Source of the DNA: a virus
Length of the DNA stretch: 42,370 nucleotides
Direction: 5' to 3' (one strand)
Virus record (IMG/VR): IMGVR_UViG_3300045242_000124
Location: 1 to 42,370 of that record
Numbering within the stretch: the first letter of the stretch is position 1; the number at the start of each line of letters is the position of its first letter. Positions 18,731 through 24,711 of this stretch are shown here, in pieces. Below the pieces are notes generated by a model that was not told the DNA's origin, did not search any database, and worked only from the letters and a program-made list of their open reading frames with translations. Made by a program: the position numbers and the translations under genes.

Positions 18731-18912
18731 CGCTTCGGCTCCCAGCGATCGCAGACCATCTCGCGACGAATCTCGCCACGCACCAGGCCGCACTGCCCCA
18801 CCGAGCCGTCTGGCCTGCCAATCACCTTACGAAACATCGAGCAGTTGCCACAACGGCGGGAGCCGGTATGTTTGCGATAGTCTACCGCCTCCTTGGTGAG
18901 CCTATCGATCAA
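18727..18912 (-). CDS. Small Cys-rich protein (61 aa), paralog family
   Basis: CGNCSMFRKV...VGQCGLVRGEIRREMVCDRWE. Coupled to both neighbours. Confidence 0.5.
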   Translation of the reverse strand: MIDRLTKEAVDYRKHTGSRRCGNCSMFRKVIGRPDGSVGQCGLVRGEIRREMVCDRWEPKR

Positions 18913-19208
18913 GCGTTGATCCCTACTTCCAGATCGGAATAGCGATTGAGCGCATCGAGGAGCTCGGCGTAGGGCGTCGCCCCCTCGCCGGCCGCGGCGA
19001 TCATCCCGCGCAACATTGACGTGTGGGCGTCCCTGGTAAGCCGGATGGGAAGGGGGCCGAAGGCCTCGGTGAGCGCCTTACGAGTCGCTTCGATACTCGT
19101 CCCGTTGAAGCGTAATCGTTGCGGATCCTGCAGCGGTCGCCACACGATCTCCTCTTCGCGGATCGCTACTGTCTGCTTCCCCGCTATGAACGGTATCGTC
19201 TCCGACAT
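18909..19208 (-). CDS. Hypothetical protein (99 aa)
   Basis: ATG at 19208 preceded by GGGAGA at 6-nt spacing. Plausible composition. Confidence 0.6.
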   Translation of the reverse strand: MSETIPFIAGKQTVAIREEEIVWRPLQDPQRLRFNGTSIEATRKALTEAFGPLPIRLTRDAHTSMLRGMIAAAGEGATPYAELLDALNRYSDLEVGINA

Positions 19209-19533
19209 TTTGTATCTCCCGATAGAGGTTAATCTTTATGCGCCACGAATGCACGGGTATGGGCCATAGGCAGATGAGCAGTCCCTGGTAGGTCCAGACC
19301 ACGGGCACGCCGCGGGTGATATAAGGAGTTTCCACATAGAAGCCCTGGCCATCGCGCGGAATTCGCTCCCCGAATTCCTTATTATCGATGAGGAGCAGGG
19401 GGAAGTCGCGTTGCCGCAGTCCAATCAGGCACACCCGCTCCGGCACCCAGCCCCTGCCGATCTTCGATCCTTCGATGCCGATCTTCCACTTGCCGGCCTC
19501 GATGGCGCGATTGAACAGCTTGGTTTCAAGCAT
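19078..19533 (-). CDS. Hypothetical protein (151 aa); last 131 nt overlap the next gene out of frame
   Basis: The first ~108 residues look protein-like (MLETKLFNRAIEAGKWKIGIEG...). The tail overlapping 18909..19208 is Arg/Asp/Ser-rich and may be non-functional read-on. Confidence 0.45.
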   Translation of the reverse strand: MLETKLFNRAIEAGKWKIGIEGSKIGRGWVPERVCLIGLRQRDFPLLLIDNKEFGERIPRDGQGFYVETPYITRGVPVVWTYQGLLICLWPIPVHSWRIKINLYREIQNVGDDTVHSGEADSSDPRRGDRVATAAGSATITLQRDEYRSDS

Positions 19534-19714
19534 CCTCGTCTTCCTCGGAAACCCAGCCGGCGACCGAGCGCGGCCGATCGGCTTTCGTCTCGATCATCGG
19601 CACCGGACGCCAGTCAATCTTGCCCTCCGCACTAATCCACATCTGGTGCAGGCGCTGCTCTCCCTTGATAGGAGAGAAGCCGAAGGCAACCGTGGGGTAG
19701 AATTCTTCACTCAT
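19526..19714 (-). CDS. Hypothetical small protein (62 aa)
   Basis: Track ORF, overlaps neighbours by 4 and 8 nt. Confidence 0.5.
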   Translation of the reverse strand: MSEEFYPTVAFGFSPIKGEQRLHQMWISAEGKIDWRPVPMIETKADRPRSVAGWVSEEDEDA

Positions 19715-19932
19715 GCTGCGTTGGGGATTGCTGATAGCATCTCTGCCAGCGTCGGCTCATGACAGCGGCACCACAGCTCCTCATTGACGGGGGGAAAGTC
19801 AGCAACCGACGTGGCACCCTGCGGAGTGAGGAACAGGGAAAGGGTCGGCGGGTTGTAGCGGCAACTGCCGAGGCCGGGGTTGACCAGCCCCTTGGGGACG
19901 TAATAGCGGCACGTCTTGCAGGTCACGGTCAT
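19711..19932 (-). CDS. Small Cys-rich protein (73 aa), paralog family
   Basis: CKTCRYYVPKG...LGSCRYNPP...FPPVNEELWCRCHE. ATGA overlaps on both sides. Confidence 0.55.
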   Translation of the reverse strand: MTVTCKTCRYYVPKGLVNPGLGSCRYNPPTLSLFLTPQGATSVADFPPVNEELWCRCHEPTLAEMLSAIPNAA

Positions 19933-20198
19933 ACTTCATATCCCATGTCGCGGCAGGCTGCGGTGTGCAGCCGAATGCGTTCGTCGCGGGTGAGTTCAAG
20001 CACCTCGGAAATGCGCTGCAGCTGCAGCGCCGGAATCTTGCGCTGCCCCAGCGCTATCTGCCCGATGAACTGTTGCGAGAGGCGATAGCCACGGCGCTCC
20101 ATCGCCCTAGACAGATACGCGTAGTCGTAATTCTTGGCGATCAACGCCTTCTGGAACTCAAGGGGAAATTCCAACCGCGTGTTCATGCAAGCTTTCAT
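19929..20198 (-). CDS. XRE-type helix-turn-helix transcriptional regulator (89 aa)
   Basis: YAYLSRAMERRGYRLSQQFIGQIALGQRKIPALQLQRISEVLEL fits the HTH_XRE pattern. No Shine-Dalgarno upstream. A palindrome and a conserved 17-mer cover its start. Confidence 0.65.
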   Translation of the reverse strand: MKACMNTRLEFPLEFQKALIAKNYDYAYLSRAMERRGYRLSQQFIGQIALGQRKIPALQLQRISEVLELTRDERIRLHTAACRDMGYEV

Positions 20199-20206
20199 AC
20201 GCTAAG
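20190..20206. repeat. 17-mer AGCTTTCATACGCTAAG, reverse complement of 29385-29401
   Basis: Exact 17/17 match in inverted orientation. In both places it reads CTTAGCGTATGAAAGCT in the direction of the downstream genes. Confidence 0.9.
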
Positions 20207-20216
20207 ATATGAAAGC
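20191..20216. promoter_or_regulatory. Perfect 9-bp inverted repeat GCTTTCATA-N8-TATGAAAGC over the start of the XRE-type gene; candidate operator
   Basis: Arms at 20191-20199 and 20208-20216, read directly. The left arm contains the ATG (20198-20196, minus strand). Confidence 0.5.
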
Positions 20217-20225
20217 CTGCAAGCG

Positions 20226-20480
20226 TTATCTATGCCCCGGCGGCAACAGCGAGCCGAGGCCACCACCTCCGAGCAGGCAGGAGAGGAGCGCAAACACAAC
20301 ATAGATCACGATAATGCAGACAAACGCCCACAGCAGGATATTGACCACCTGGCCGATGAGCGGCACGCCAACCTGATCCAGCACCCACGGCACCACTAAC
20401 CGAATAATGGCAATCACCGCGAAGATGATGATGCAGTAGACCAGTAGCTGCTCGAGCCACTGCAGCGAAAAGCAACCCAT
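20226..20480 (-). CDS. Small integral membrane protein (84 aa, about 3 TM segments)
   Basis: Start moved to the ATG at 20480, 1 nt after the stop of 20482..20808. Long hydrophobic runs (LLVYCIIIFAVIAIIRLVV, VNILLWAFVCIIVIYVVFALLSCLL). Confidence 0.6.
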   Translation of the reverse strand: MGCFSLQWLEQLLVYCIIIFAVIAIIRLVVPWVLDQVGVPLIGQVVNILLWAFVCIIVIYVVFALLSCLLGGGGLGSLLPPGHR

Positions 20481-20481
20481 T

Positions 20482-20808
20482 TTATTTCTCCTTGGCCCAA
20501 GGGATCTCCTTGGCTTTCCTTTTCCTCGCCCGGTAGGCACGCATGTACTCGCGAAAGTACTCAGTGCGCACGCGCTTGCCCCACACCCGCTTGGGCTTAG
20601 GAGCCCCGGCCTCGGAAGACCGGGGCGTCACATTATCCCTGGCGTGAGCGGATCTGGCCACGGCGGCATGGTCATCACCTCCCTCTATCCATCCCTTGGC
20701 GTGCATGACTTTAGTCAACCCCGAGCTCGGCCTGGTATTGCGCAGGCGCTTCAGCCATTCCAGCCGCGTCTCCTCCGCACCAGAGGCCCGCAAGCGGCGC
20801 ATCGCCAT
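20482..20808 (-). CDS. Basic protein (108 aa) with C-terminal EYFREYMRAYRARKRK motif
   Basis: Track ORF. The C-terminal motif is shared with 21512..21739. Confidence 0.55.
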   Translation of the reverse strand: MAMRRLRASGAEETRLEWLKRLRNTRPSSGLTKVMHAKGWIEGGDDHAAVARSAHARDNVTPRSSEAGAPKPKRVWGKRVRTEYFREYMRAYRARKRKAKEIPWAKEK

Positions 20809-20811
20809 AAA

Positions 20812-21132
20812 TCATGCCTTCGGAGGAGTCAGCGCTGTAGCAAGGTTCGCCGTGTCAGCAGCCACAGTGGTCGATGCCTTGGAAAGACTGGCCACCGCCG
20901 CCTCAATCGCCGGCGTATCGTCAGCCGCAACCGCGGCAGTAATCGCCGCCACCGCCGTCTGTACCTCAGTATCCAACTGCGCCACATTTGCCGCAATCTG
21001 CGACACCGCAGCGTTGAGATCGTCAATCTTGTTCATAAGCTTGCTTTCCTGTGTGAGTAGAAGGTTTACATTCTTGCTGACCGTGGCCAACTGAGCCTGT
21101 ATCGCCGCCAGAGTCGTCCAAGGCCACATCAT
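20812..21132 (-). CDS. Ala-rich coiled-coil protein (106 aa)
   Basis: Start moved to the ATG at 21132 (ATGA overlap with the upstream stop, GGGGA just upstream). Heptad-like LATVSKNVNLLLTQESKLMNKIDDLNAAVSQIAANVAQLDTEVQ. Confidence 0.55.
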   Translation of the reverse strand: MMWPWTTLAAIQAQLATVSKNVNLLLTQESKLMNKIDDLNAAVSQIAANVAQLDTEVQTAVAAITAAVAADDTPAIEAAVASLSKASTTVAADTANLATALTPPKA

Positions 21133-21458
21133 TCCCCACTCATAACACAATCGCGCAATGCAAAGATAACCTGCTCCTTGGTACGCATCGGATCGTCATT
21201 CCAAATAACCAAGGTGCCAATTAGCCGCCATCGCCAGCCTAAATACCTCACCAAAGGCAAAGCCTCGTCATCCGTCACATCAACCGCCAGTAGCGCCCCA
21301 ATAAGACACCGCGGCCCACCCGCCTCCGCCCCCAGCCTCCCCTGCACCCAGCCATGCCGCTCAATGTCATTCGCCGCAGCCAAATACTTCAGCTGCCATA
21401 CCGCCAGCGGCTTAACCTCCGGCGTCACCCTCTCCTGCCACTTCGGATCCCATAACAT
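21129..21458 (-). CDS. Hypothetical protein (109 aa)
   Basis: Track ORF with plausible composition. Confidence 0.55.
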   Translation of the reverse strand: MLWDPKWQERVTPEVKPLAVWQLKYLAAANDIERHGWVQGRLGAEAGGPRCLIGALLAVDVTDDEALPLVRYLGWRWRLIGTLVIWNDDPMRTKEQVIFALRDCVMSGE

Positions 21459-21488
21459 CAGTCAACCTCCCGTTTCACTGAAACACCT

Positions 21489-21528
21489 GTAAACCATCTG
21501 TTAACCCCATGTCAACCAGCAGGTTTAC
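21489..21528. repeat. Iteron array A: GTAAACC, GTTAACC, GTCAACC, then inverted GGTTTAC, starts exactly 11 bp apart
   Basis: Heptamers at 21489, 21500, 21511 and 21522, anchored on the stop codon of ORF 21512..21739, which lies inside GTCAACC. Confidence 0.85.
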
Positions 21529-21739
21529 GCTTTCTCCTCATATACTCCCGCATATACTCCCGCTGGTAAACCTTCCGATCGAAGGGGCCGGCTGAAGAAG
21601 ACTTCACAGTGGCAGTAATCTCCGCCCCCCCGACACTCATTGACGCCCCACTCACAACAGGTCGGATAGGCTTCTCCACGCCCGCGGCAGACACAGAAAT
21701 ATCGCCACCCCCACATAGCAACCAAAACCACATTACCAC
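21512..21739 (-). CDS. Small basic protein with C-terminal YQREYMREYMRRKRK motif (75 aa by the track; true start uncertain)
   Basis: GTG start at 21739. The first 30 residues are odd (MVMWFWLLCGGG), so an internal start at MSVGGAEITAT is possible. The motif is shared with 20482..20808. Confidence 0.4.
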   Translation of the reverse strand: MVMWFWLLCGGGDISVSAAGVEKPIRPVVSGASMSVGGAEITATVKSSSAGPFDRKVYQREYMREYMRRKRKPAG

Positions 21740-21749
21740 TCCTCCACCC

Positions 21750-21796
21750 GTAAACCAGCACCAGTGGTTAACGCTTTTTGGGGGGGTCTGTCAACC
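21750..21796. repeat. Iteron array B: GTAAACC (21750), inverted GGTTAAC (21766), GTCAACC (21790)
   Basis: Read directly and anchored on track ORF frames 21609..21974 and 21525..21761. Confidence 0.7.
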
Positions 21797-21798
21797 CA

Positions 21799-21825
21799 AA
21801 GCAATCAGTTTGCAAGCAATCAGTT
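21799..21825. repeat. 12-bp direct repeat AAGCAATCAGTT x2 (15-bp period) in a 390-bp non-coding gap
   Basis: Copies at 21799-21810 and 21814-21825, read directly. Confidence 0.85.
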
Positions 21826-22079
21826 GGTCCCATTTTCCTTTTGGGGTGAGGAGGGAGGGGTGCCAACATTCTCACCGCGACCGTCCCATCCCCTCCCCCG
21901 GACCTCCCCCGCCCCCGGTCTGGCTCGGCTGCGCTAAAGCTTCCCTAGTGCTTCCCAATGATAGACTAGTCTAGTGTTATCAATGACTTAGATAGCCTAT
22001 GATGTTAACTAGATATTAACGAGTGCGAGGGAACAGAGAGTGAAAGCTTCTGGCTACATACACACGCATAGCGGGAGAA

Positions 22080-22103
22080 GATGCGACGCACCACCATCGC
22101 ATC
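22080..22103 (-). terminator. Weak hairpin after the nuclease gene: GATGCGA-N10-TCGCATC
   Basis: Perfect 7-bp stem 30 nt downstream of the stop at 22133. The trailing minus-strand sequence TTCTCCC is only weakly T-rich. Confidence 0.25.
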
Positions 22104-22132
22104 TACATCTAGTGAAGAACTGTAAGTATGAT

Positions 22133-22555
22133 TCATTCCTTCACGGAAGACCTAACCAAGTCTGATTGGAGCAAGCCGTGTATTCTCTGAGTATTATCTT
22201 GGAGGTTGGTGAGGATAGGGGTAGGCGGTGATTGAGGGGGCGCGAAGGCCTTTGACTGCGCCTCTTGTACCAGCCTAGCAAACGCGTGGAGGTGCATCAC
22301 GATCAAGGGTTCGTGCCGATCCTGCTTCACGACGAGTGCGTCATTACCTACCAGCCATTGATACAAAGGCGAGAAGCCTCTCGCTCGGCTCTTGCATTCG
22401 ACCTGCATTCCGTCGAGGCAGATCACGTCACCTGGAAACCCGTGATGCGCGCCGGAGCTAGGCACCCGCTTTGCGTCCAGGTTGTAGCTGCGCAGGAGGT
22501 TGACAACCTCGCGCTCGAGGCGATTGCCTTTCTGTCGTGGGGCGCGGCCGCTCAT
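22133..22555 (-). CDS. PD-(D/E)XK nuclease, Holliday-junction-resolvase-like (140 aa)
   Basis: KGNRLEREVVNLLRSYNLDAKRVPSSG...GDVICLDGMQVECKSR matches the G..ERE...L...G...SG...D(V/I)...E.K layout of Hjc-type resolvases as I recall it. Confidence 0.6.
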   Translation of the reverse strand: MSGRAPRQKGNRLEREVVNLLRSYNLDAKRVPSSGAHHGFPGDVICLDGMQVECKSRARGFSPLYQWLVGNDALVVKQDRHEPLIVMHLHAFARLVQEAQSKAFAPPQSPPTPILTNLQDNTQRIHGLLQSDLVRSSVKE

Positions 22556-22616
22556 TCCAATCCTCCCTCTTGTTCACGGTTTATCCAGAAATCTTTCACC
22601 TCTGTCAACCACTCTG

Positions 22617-22645
22617 TTGACAGTCTTGCTTTCATTCGGTAAGGT
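22617..22645 (+). promoter_or_regulatory. Candidate rightward sigma70-type promoter TTGACA-N17-TAAGGT, overlapping inverted repeat TGTCAAC/GTTGACA
   Basis: TTGACA at 22617-22622 and TAAGGT at 22640-22645. GTCAACC at 22604-22610 faces GTTGAC at 22616-22621. A near DnaA box TTATCCAGA lies at 22581-22589. Confidence 0.35.
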
Positions 22646-22669
22646 ACATCATCAGAACGGGAGATGGAC

Positions 22670-22756
22670 ATGACACACCGAATCAATTGTTTCCGCTTCT
22701 TTTGGTCTTGCAATCAACGCGCTCGAGCTATCCGAGCCATCTGGCAGGGATGGTGA
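22670..22756 (+). CDS. Micro-ORF (28 aa, basic/aromatic: MTHRINCFRFFWSCNQRARAIRAIWQGW)
   Basis: ATG 6 nt after GGGAG. Its stop lies 2 nt before the next ATG. Below the track length cutoff. Confidence 0.3.
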   Translation: MTHRINCFRFFWSCNQRARAIRAIWQGW

Positions 22757-22758
22757 TC

Positions 22759-22932
22759 ATGAAACTCCTCCTCGCCGCCCTTGCCCTCACCTGGGGCATC
22801 GTTTCCTTCCAACTCGGCTACAGCCAAGGCTTCGCCGCCGAGCGGCCAGCCACATTCAATGATAGGTTTGGAGTTTGGCCGCGGCCCTTGCTGCCGTCGA
22901 TCAGTCCGTGGCTTCTTCGAAGATATGCGTAA
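22759..22932 (+). CDS. Small protein with N-terminal signal or TM segment (57 aa)
   Basis: Internal ATG of track ORF 22687..22932. MKLLLAALALTWGIVSFQLGYSQG looks like a signal peptide. Its stop TAA lies inside the first heptamer of iteron array C. Confidence 0.4.
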   Translation: MKLLLAALALTWGIVSFQLGYSQGFAAERPATFNDRFGVWPRPLLPSISPWLLRRYA

Positions 22933-22968
22933 ACCACACGTCAACCACCTGTTAACCATTTGGTTTAC
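22929..22968. repeat. Iteron array C: GTAAACC, GTCAACC, GTTAACC, inverted GGTTTAC, starts exactly 11 bp apart; same architecture as array A, both ending GGTTTACGC
   Basis: Heptamers at 22929, 22940, 22951 and 22962, anchored on the stop of ORF 22687..22932. Confidence 0.85.
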
Positions 22969-23007
22969 GCGCGGAACAATCGCAAGTGATTTCAAGCCTC
23001 TAGGGAT

Positions 23008-23055
23008 GTAAACCACCTGTAAACCGTGTAAACCTCATGGTTGACAGTGGTTAAC
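23008..23055. repeat. Iteron array D: GTAAACC x3, then inverted GGTTGAC and GGTTAAC (spacings 11, 9, 11, 10)
   Basis: Heptamers at 23008, 23019, 23028, 23039 and 23049, anchored on the stop of track ORF 22781..23011. Confidence 0.85.
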
Positions 23056-23131
23056 ATCCCCTTTCTTCCTCGCCCACCCTCTTTTCTGAGGTTTCGGGCA
23101 GTCCGCCGCGGACATAGTAAGGGCTAAACTT

Positions 23132-23198
23132 CTTAAGACTTAGTAAGTACTTAGTAGATCTTTATATGTCTTACTTACTTACTTGTAGGAGTCTTAAG
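23132..23198. repeat. AT-rich imperfect palindrome bounded by the perfect 9-bp inverted repeat CTTAAGACT / AGTCTTAAG; candidate DNA unwinding element
   Basis: Arms at 23132-23140 and 23190-23198. The interior is tagtaagtacttagtagatctttatatgtcttacttacttacttgtagg, with AGTAAGTA / TACTTACT sub-repeats. It is clearly more AT-rich than the rest of the window. Confidence 0.7.
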
Positions 23199-23348
23199 GT
23201 AGGGTTTTAGGACACCCGCCCGATCCTCTTTCGAGGCACAAGTCAATTTTAGCTTGACTTGCTAGTCCCCTCCGGTCATGTTTCCCAGAGTTCGGAGGCG
23301 ACCCTGTTCCACATTGGCGCCCCGGGCTATGTTTGGCGGTGTTGTTGC

Positions 23349-23756
23349 TTAGGCCTCCTGTTCCTTCTGGTGCAGGAGGCCTTTCTCTCTCAGCTCCCTG
23401 CACAGATCAAAGATAAAGCGCTTTGTCTGGGGATCACGTTTGGCTTGGGCGAGGATCGACGCGATTCCATCCCACACCGTAGAGTGGTCGCGGCCGCCGA
23501 GTATGCGGCCGACCTGGGGAAGGCTGAACCGAGTCATGCGGTAGATTAGTAGGTAGCAAAGCCGTCTGGCAAGCATGATCTGCCGCTCATGTGAGCGGCC
23601 ATAGATGTCCTCAGGGTAGACCCCCGTCCGAAAAGCCACATATCGCACAATAAAGTCTTGCCTGTGCGCTCCTGTAGAGAACTTCGGGCCTGGCGCTGGC
23701 GAAAGACGCCTATGCGCTGCGGCGTACTGAGCCGCTAGATCAGTCTCGATGCTCAA
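23349..23756 (-). CDS. DnaA domain-IV-like (Bac_DnaA_C) DNA-binding protein (135 aa), candidate replication initiator or origin-binding factor
   Basis: FSLPQVGRILGGRDHSTVWDGIASILAQAKRD matches the conserved S.p.IG..fGgRDHsTV.ha..ki signature of DnaA domain IV. Confidence 0.7.
   Translation of the reverse strand: MSIETDLAAQYAAAHRRLSPAPGPKFSTGAHRQDFIVRYVAFRTGVYPEDIYGRSHERQIMLARRLCYLLIYRMTRFSLPQVGRILGGRDHSTVWDGIASILAQAKRDPQTKRFIFDLCRELREKGLLHQKEQEA
23351..23391 (+). terminator. Candidate rho-independent terminator for rightward transcription: AGGCCTCCTG-N12-CAGGAGGCCT then TTCTCTCTC
   Basis: Perfect 10-bp stem (23351-23360 / 23373-23382) followed by a pyrimidine/T-rich run. It lies inside the last codons of the convergent gene 23349..23756. 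Confidence 0.45.
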
Positions 23757-23973
23757 TACCCCTCCAGTGCCCTAGCGGAGGCCGCTGGTAGCGTTTGGCC
23801 TCGGCGAGGGCGCAAAGGGCACCCTCCTCCAACCGACGCACCACAGCCCAAATGCGGGCATCTGTGGCCACGAATTTACGGCACTCACCCTCTATGGCAG
23901 ATAGAAGCCGGAGCTTGGTGGCCGCCAAGGCTTTCTCGGCAGCCAAAAGACGATCATAGGCAGGGTCAGACAT
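23740..23973 (-). CDS. Hypothetical helical protein (77 aa)
   Basis: Track ORF overlapping the DnaA-like gene start by 17 nt. Confidence 0.5.
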   Translation of the reverse strand: MSDPAYDRLLAAEKALAATKLRLLSAIEGECRKFVATDARIWAVVRRLEEGALCALAEAKRYQRPPLGHWRGIEHRD

Positions 23974-24346
23974 GCGAAGCCTCCCCGAATGGCAGAGCGT
24001 AAACCACGATACCCCTATCCCTCCCCGGGTGCAATGGCGAATCTTCCGAGCTCACGACGGTAAATGCGCATGCTGCGGCCGAATCATCGGCCCTGGGGAG
24101 CGATGGCAGCTCGACCATATCATTGCCCTGGCAAACGGAGGTGAGCACCGTGAGGGCAATCTGCAGCCCCTCCTGTTCATGCACCACCTCCTGAAGACCA
24201 AGCAGGATGTCGCTATCAAGGCCAGAAACTATCGGAAGGCCTTGAAGCATGTTGGGATCAAGGCAAGAAGGTTCTCGAGGCCGTTGATCGGAACCCGCGC
24301 CAGTGGGTGGAAACGGAAAATGGACGGTACACTCGAGAAGCGTTAA
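23972..24346 (+). CDS. HNH endonuclease (124 aa)
   Basis: CACCGRIIGPGERWQLDHIIALANGGEHREGNLQPLLFMHHLLKTKQD gives CxxC ... DH ... N ... H, the HNH signature. Preferred over the antisense track ORF 23966..24349. Confidence 0.8.
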   Translation: MRSLPEWQSVNHDTPIPPRVQWRIFRAHDGKCACCGRIIGPGERWQLDHIIALANGGEHREGNLQPLLFMHHLLKTKQDVAIKARNYRKALKHVGIKARRFSRPLIGTRASGWKRKMDGTLEKR

Positions 24347-24354
24347 CATGAGGG

Positions 24355-24711
24355 ATGCACCAGCTATTGCTCCTGCTTATGCTCCTGTTCGCGTCCAATG
24401 CCGGAGCACACGATCACAACCGCCCCGATCTGGATCGCTGGTTCCGCCAGCAGTACAGCGGTAAAGGCCCGTGCTGTGACGGAGCAGAAGCGAATCATGT
24501 TGCCGATGTGGACTGGGATTCGACCTGCGTAGAGGGCAAATGCCATTACCGCGTCAGACTCTATAACAAGTGGTGGGATGTCGATGACGGTGCGATCGTA
24601 CAAGGCCCGAATATGTCGGGCACTGCCTTGGTCTGGAGTGTGCCCACATACAACGGTGATGAAGTAATTTCGCTTCTCATCCGCTGCTTCATGCCTGGCG
24701 CCGGCGGCTAG
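24355..24711 (+). CDS. Secreted Cys-rich protein (118 aa)
   Basis: N-terminal MHQLLLLLMLLFASNAGA|HD looks like a Sec signal peptide. The mature part has 6 Cys. Confidence 0.6.
   Translation: MHQLLLLLMLLFASNAGAHDHNRPDLDRWFRQQYSGKGPCCDGAEANHVADVDWDSTCVEGKCHYRVRLYNKWWDVDDGAIVQGPNMSGTALVWSVPTYNGDEVISLLIRCFMPGAGG

Noticed and set aside
22581-22589. TTATCCAGA, an 8/9 match to the DnaA box TTATCCACA
   Set aside because: A single imperfect copy could be chance. It is mentioned only as context for the origin-like region.
23966-24349. Minus-strand track ORF of 127 aa
   Set aside because: The opposite strand encodes a clear HNH signature (CxxC...DH...N...H). The minus-strand translation has no motif and odd composition.
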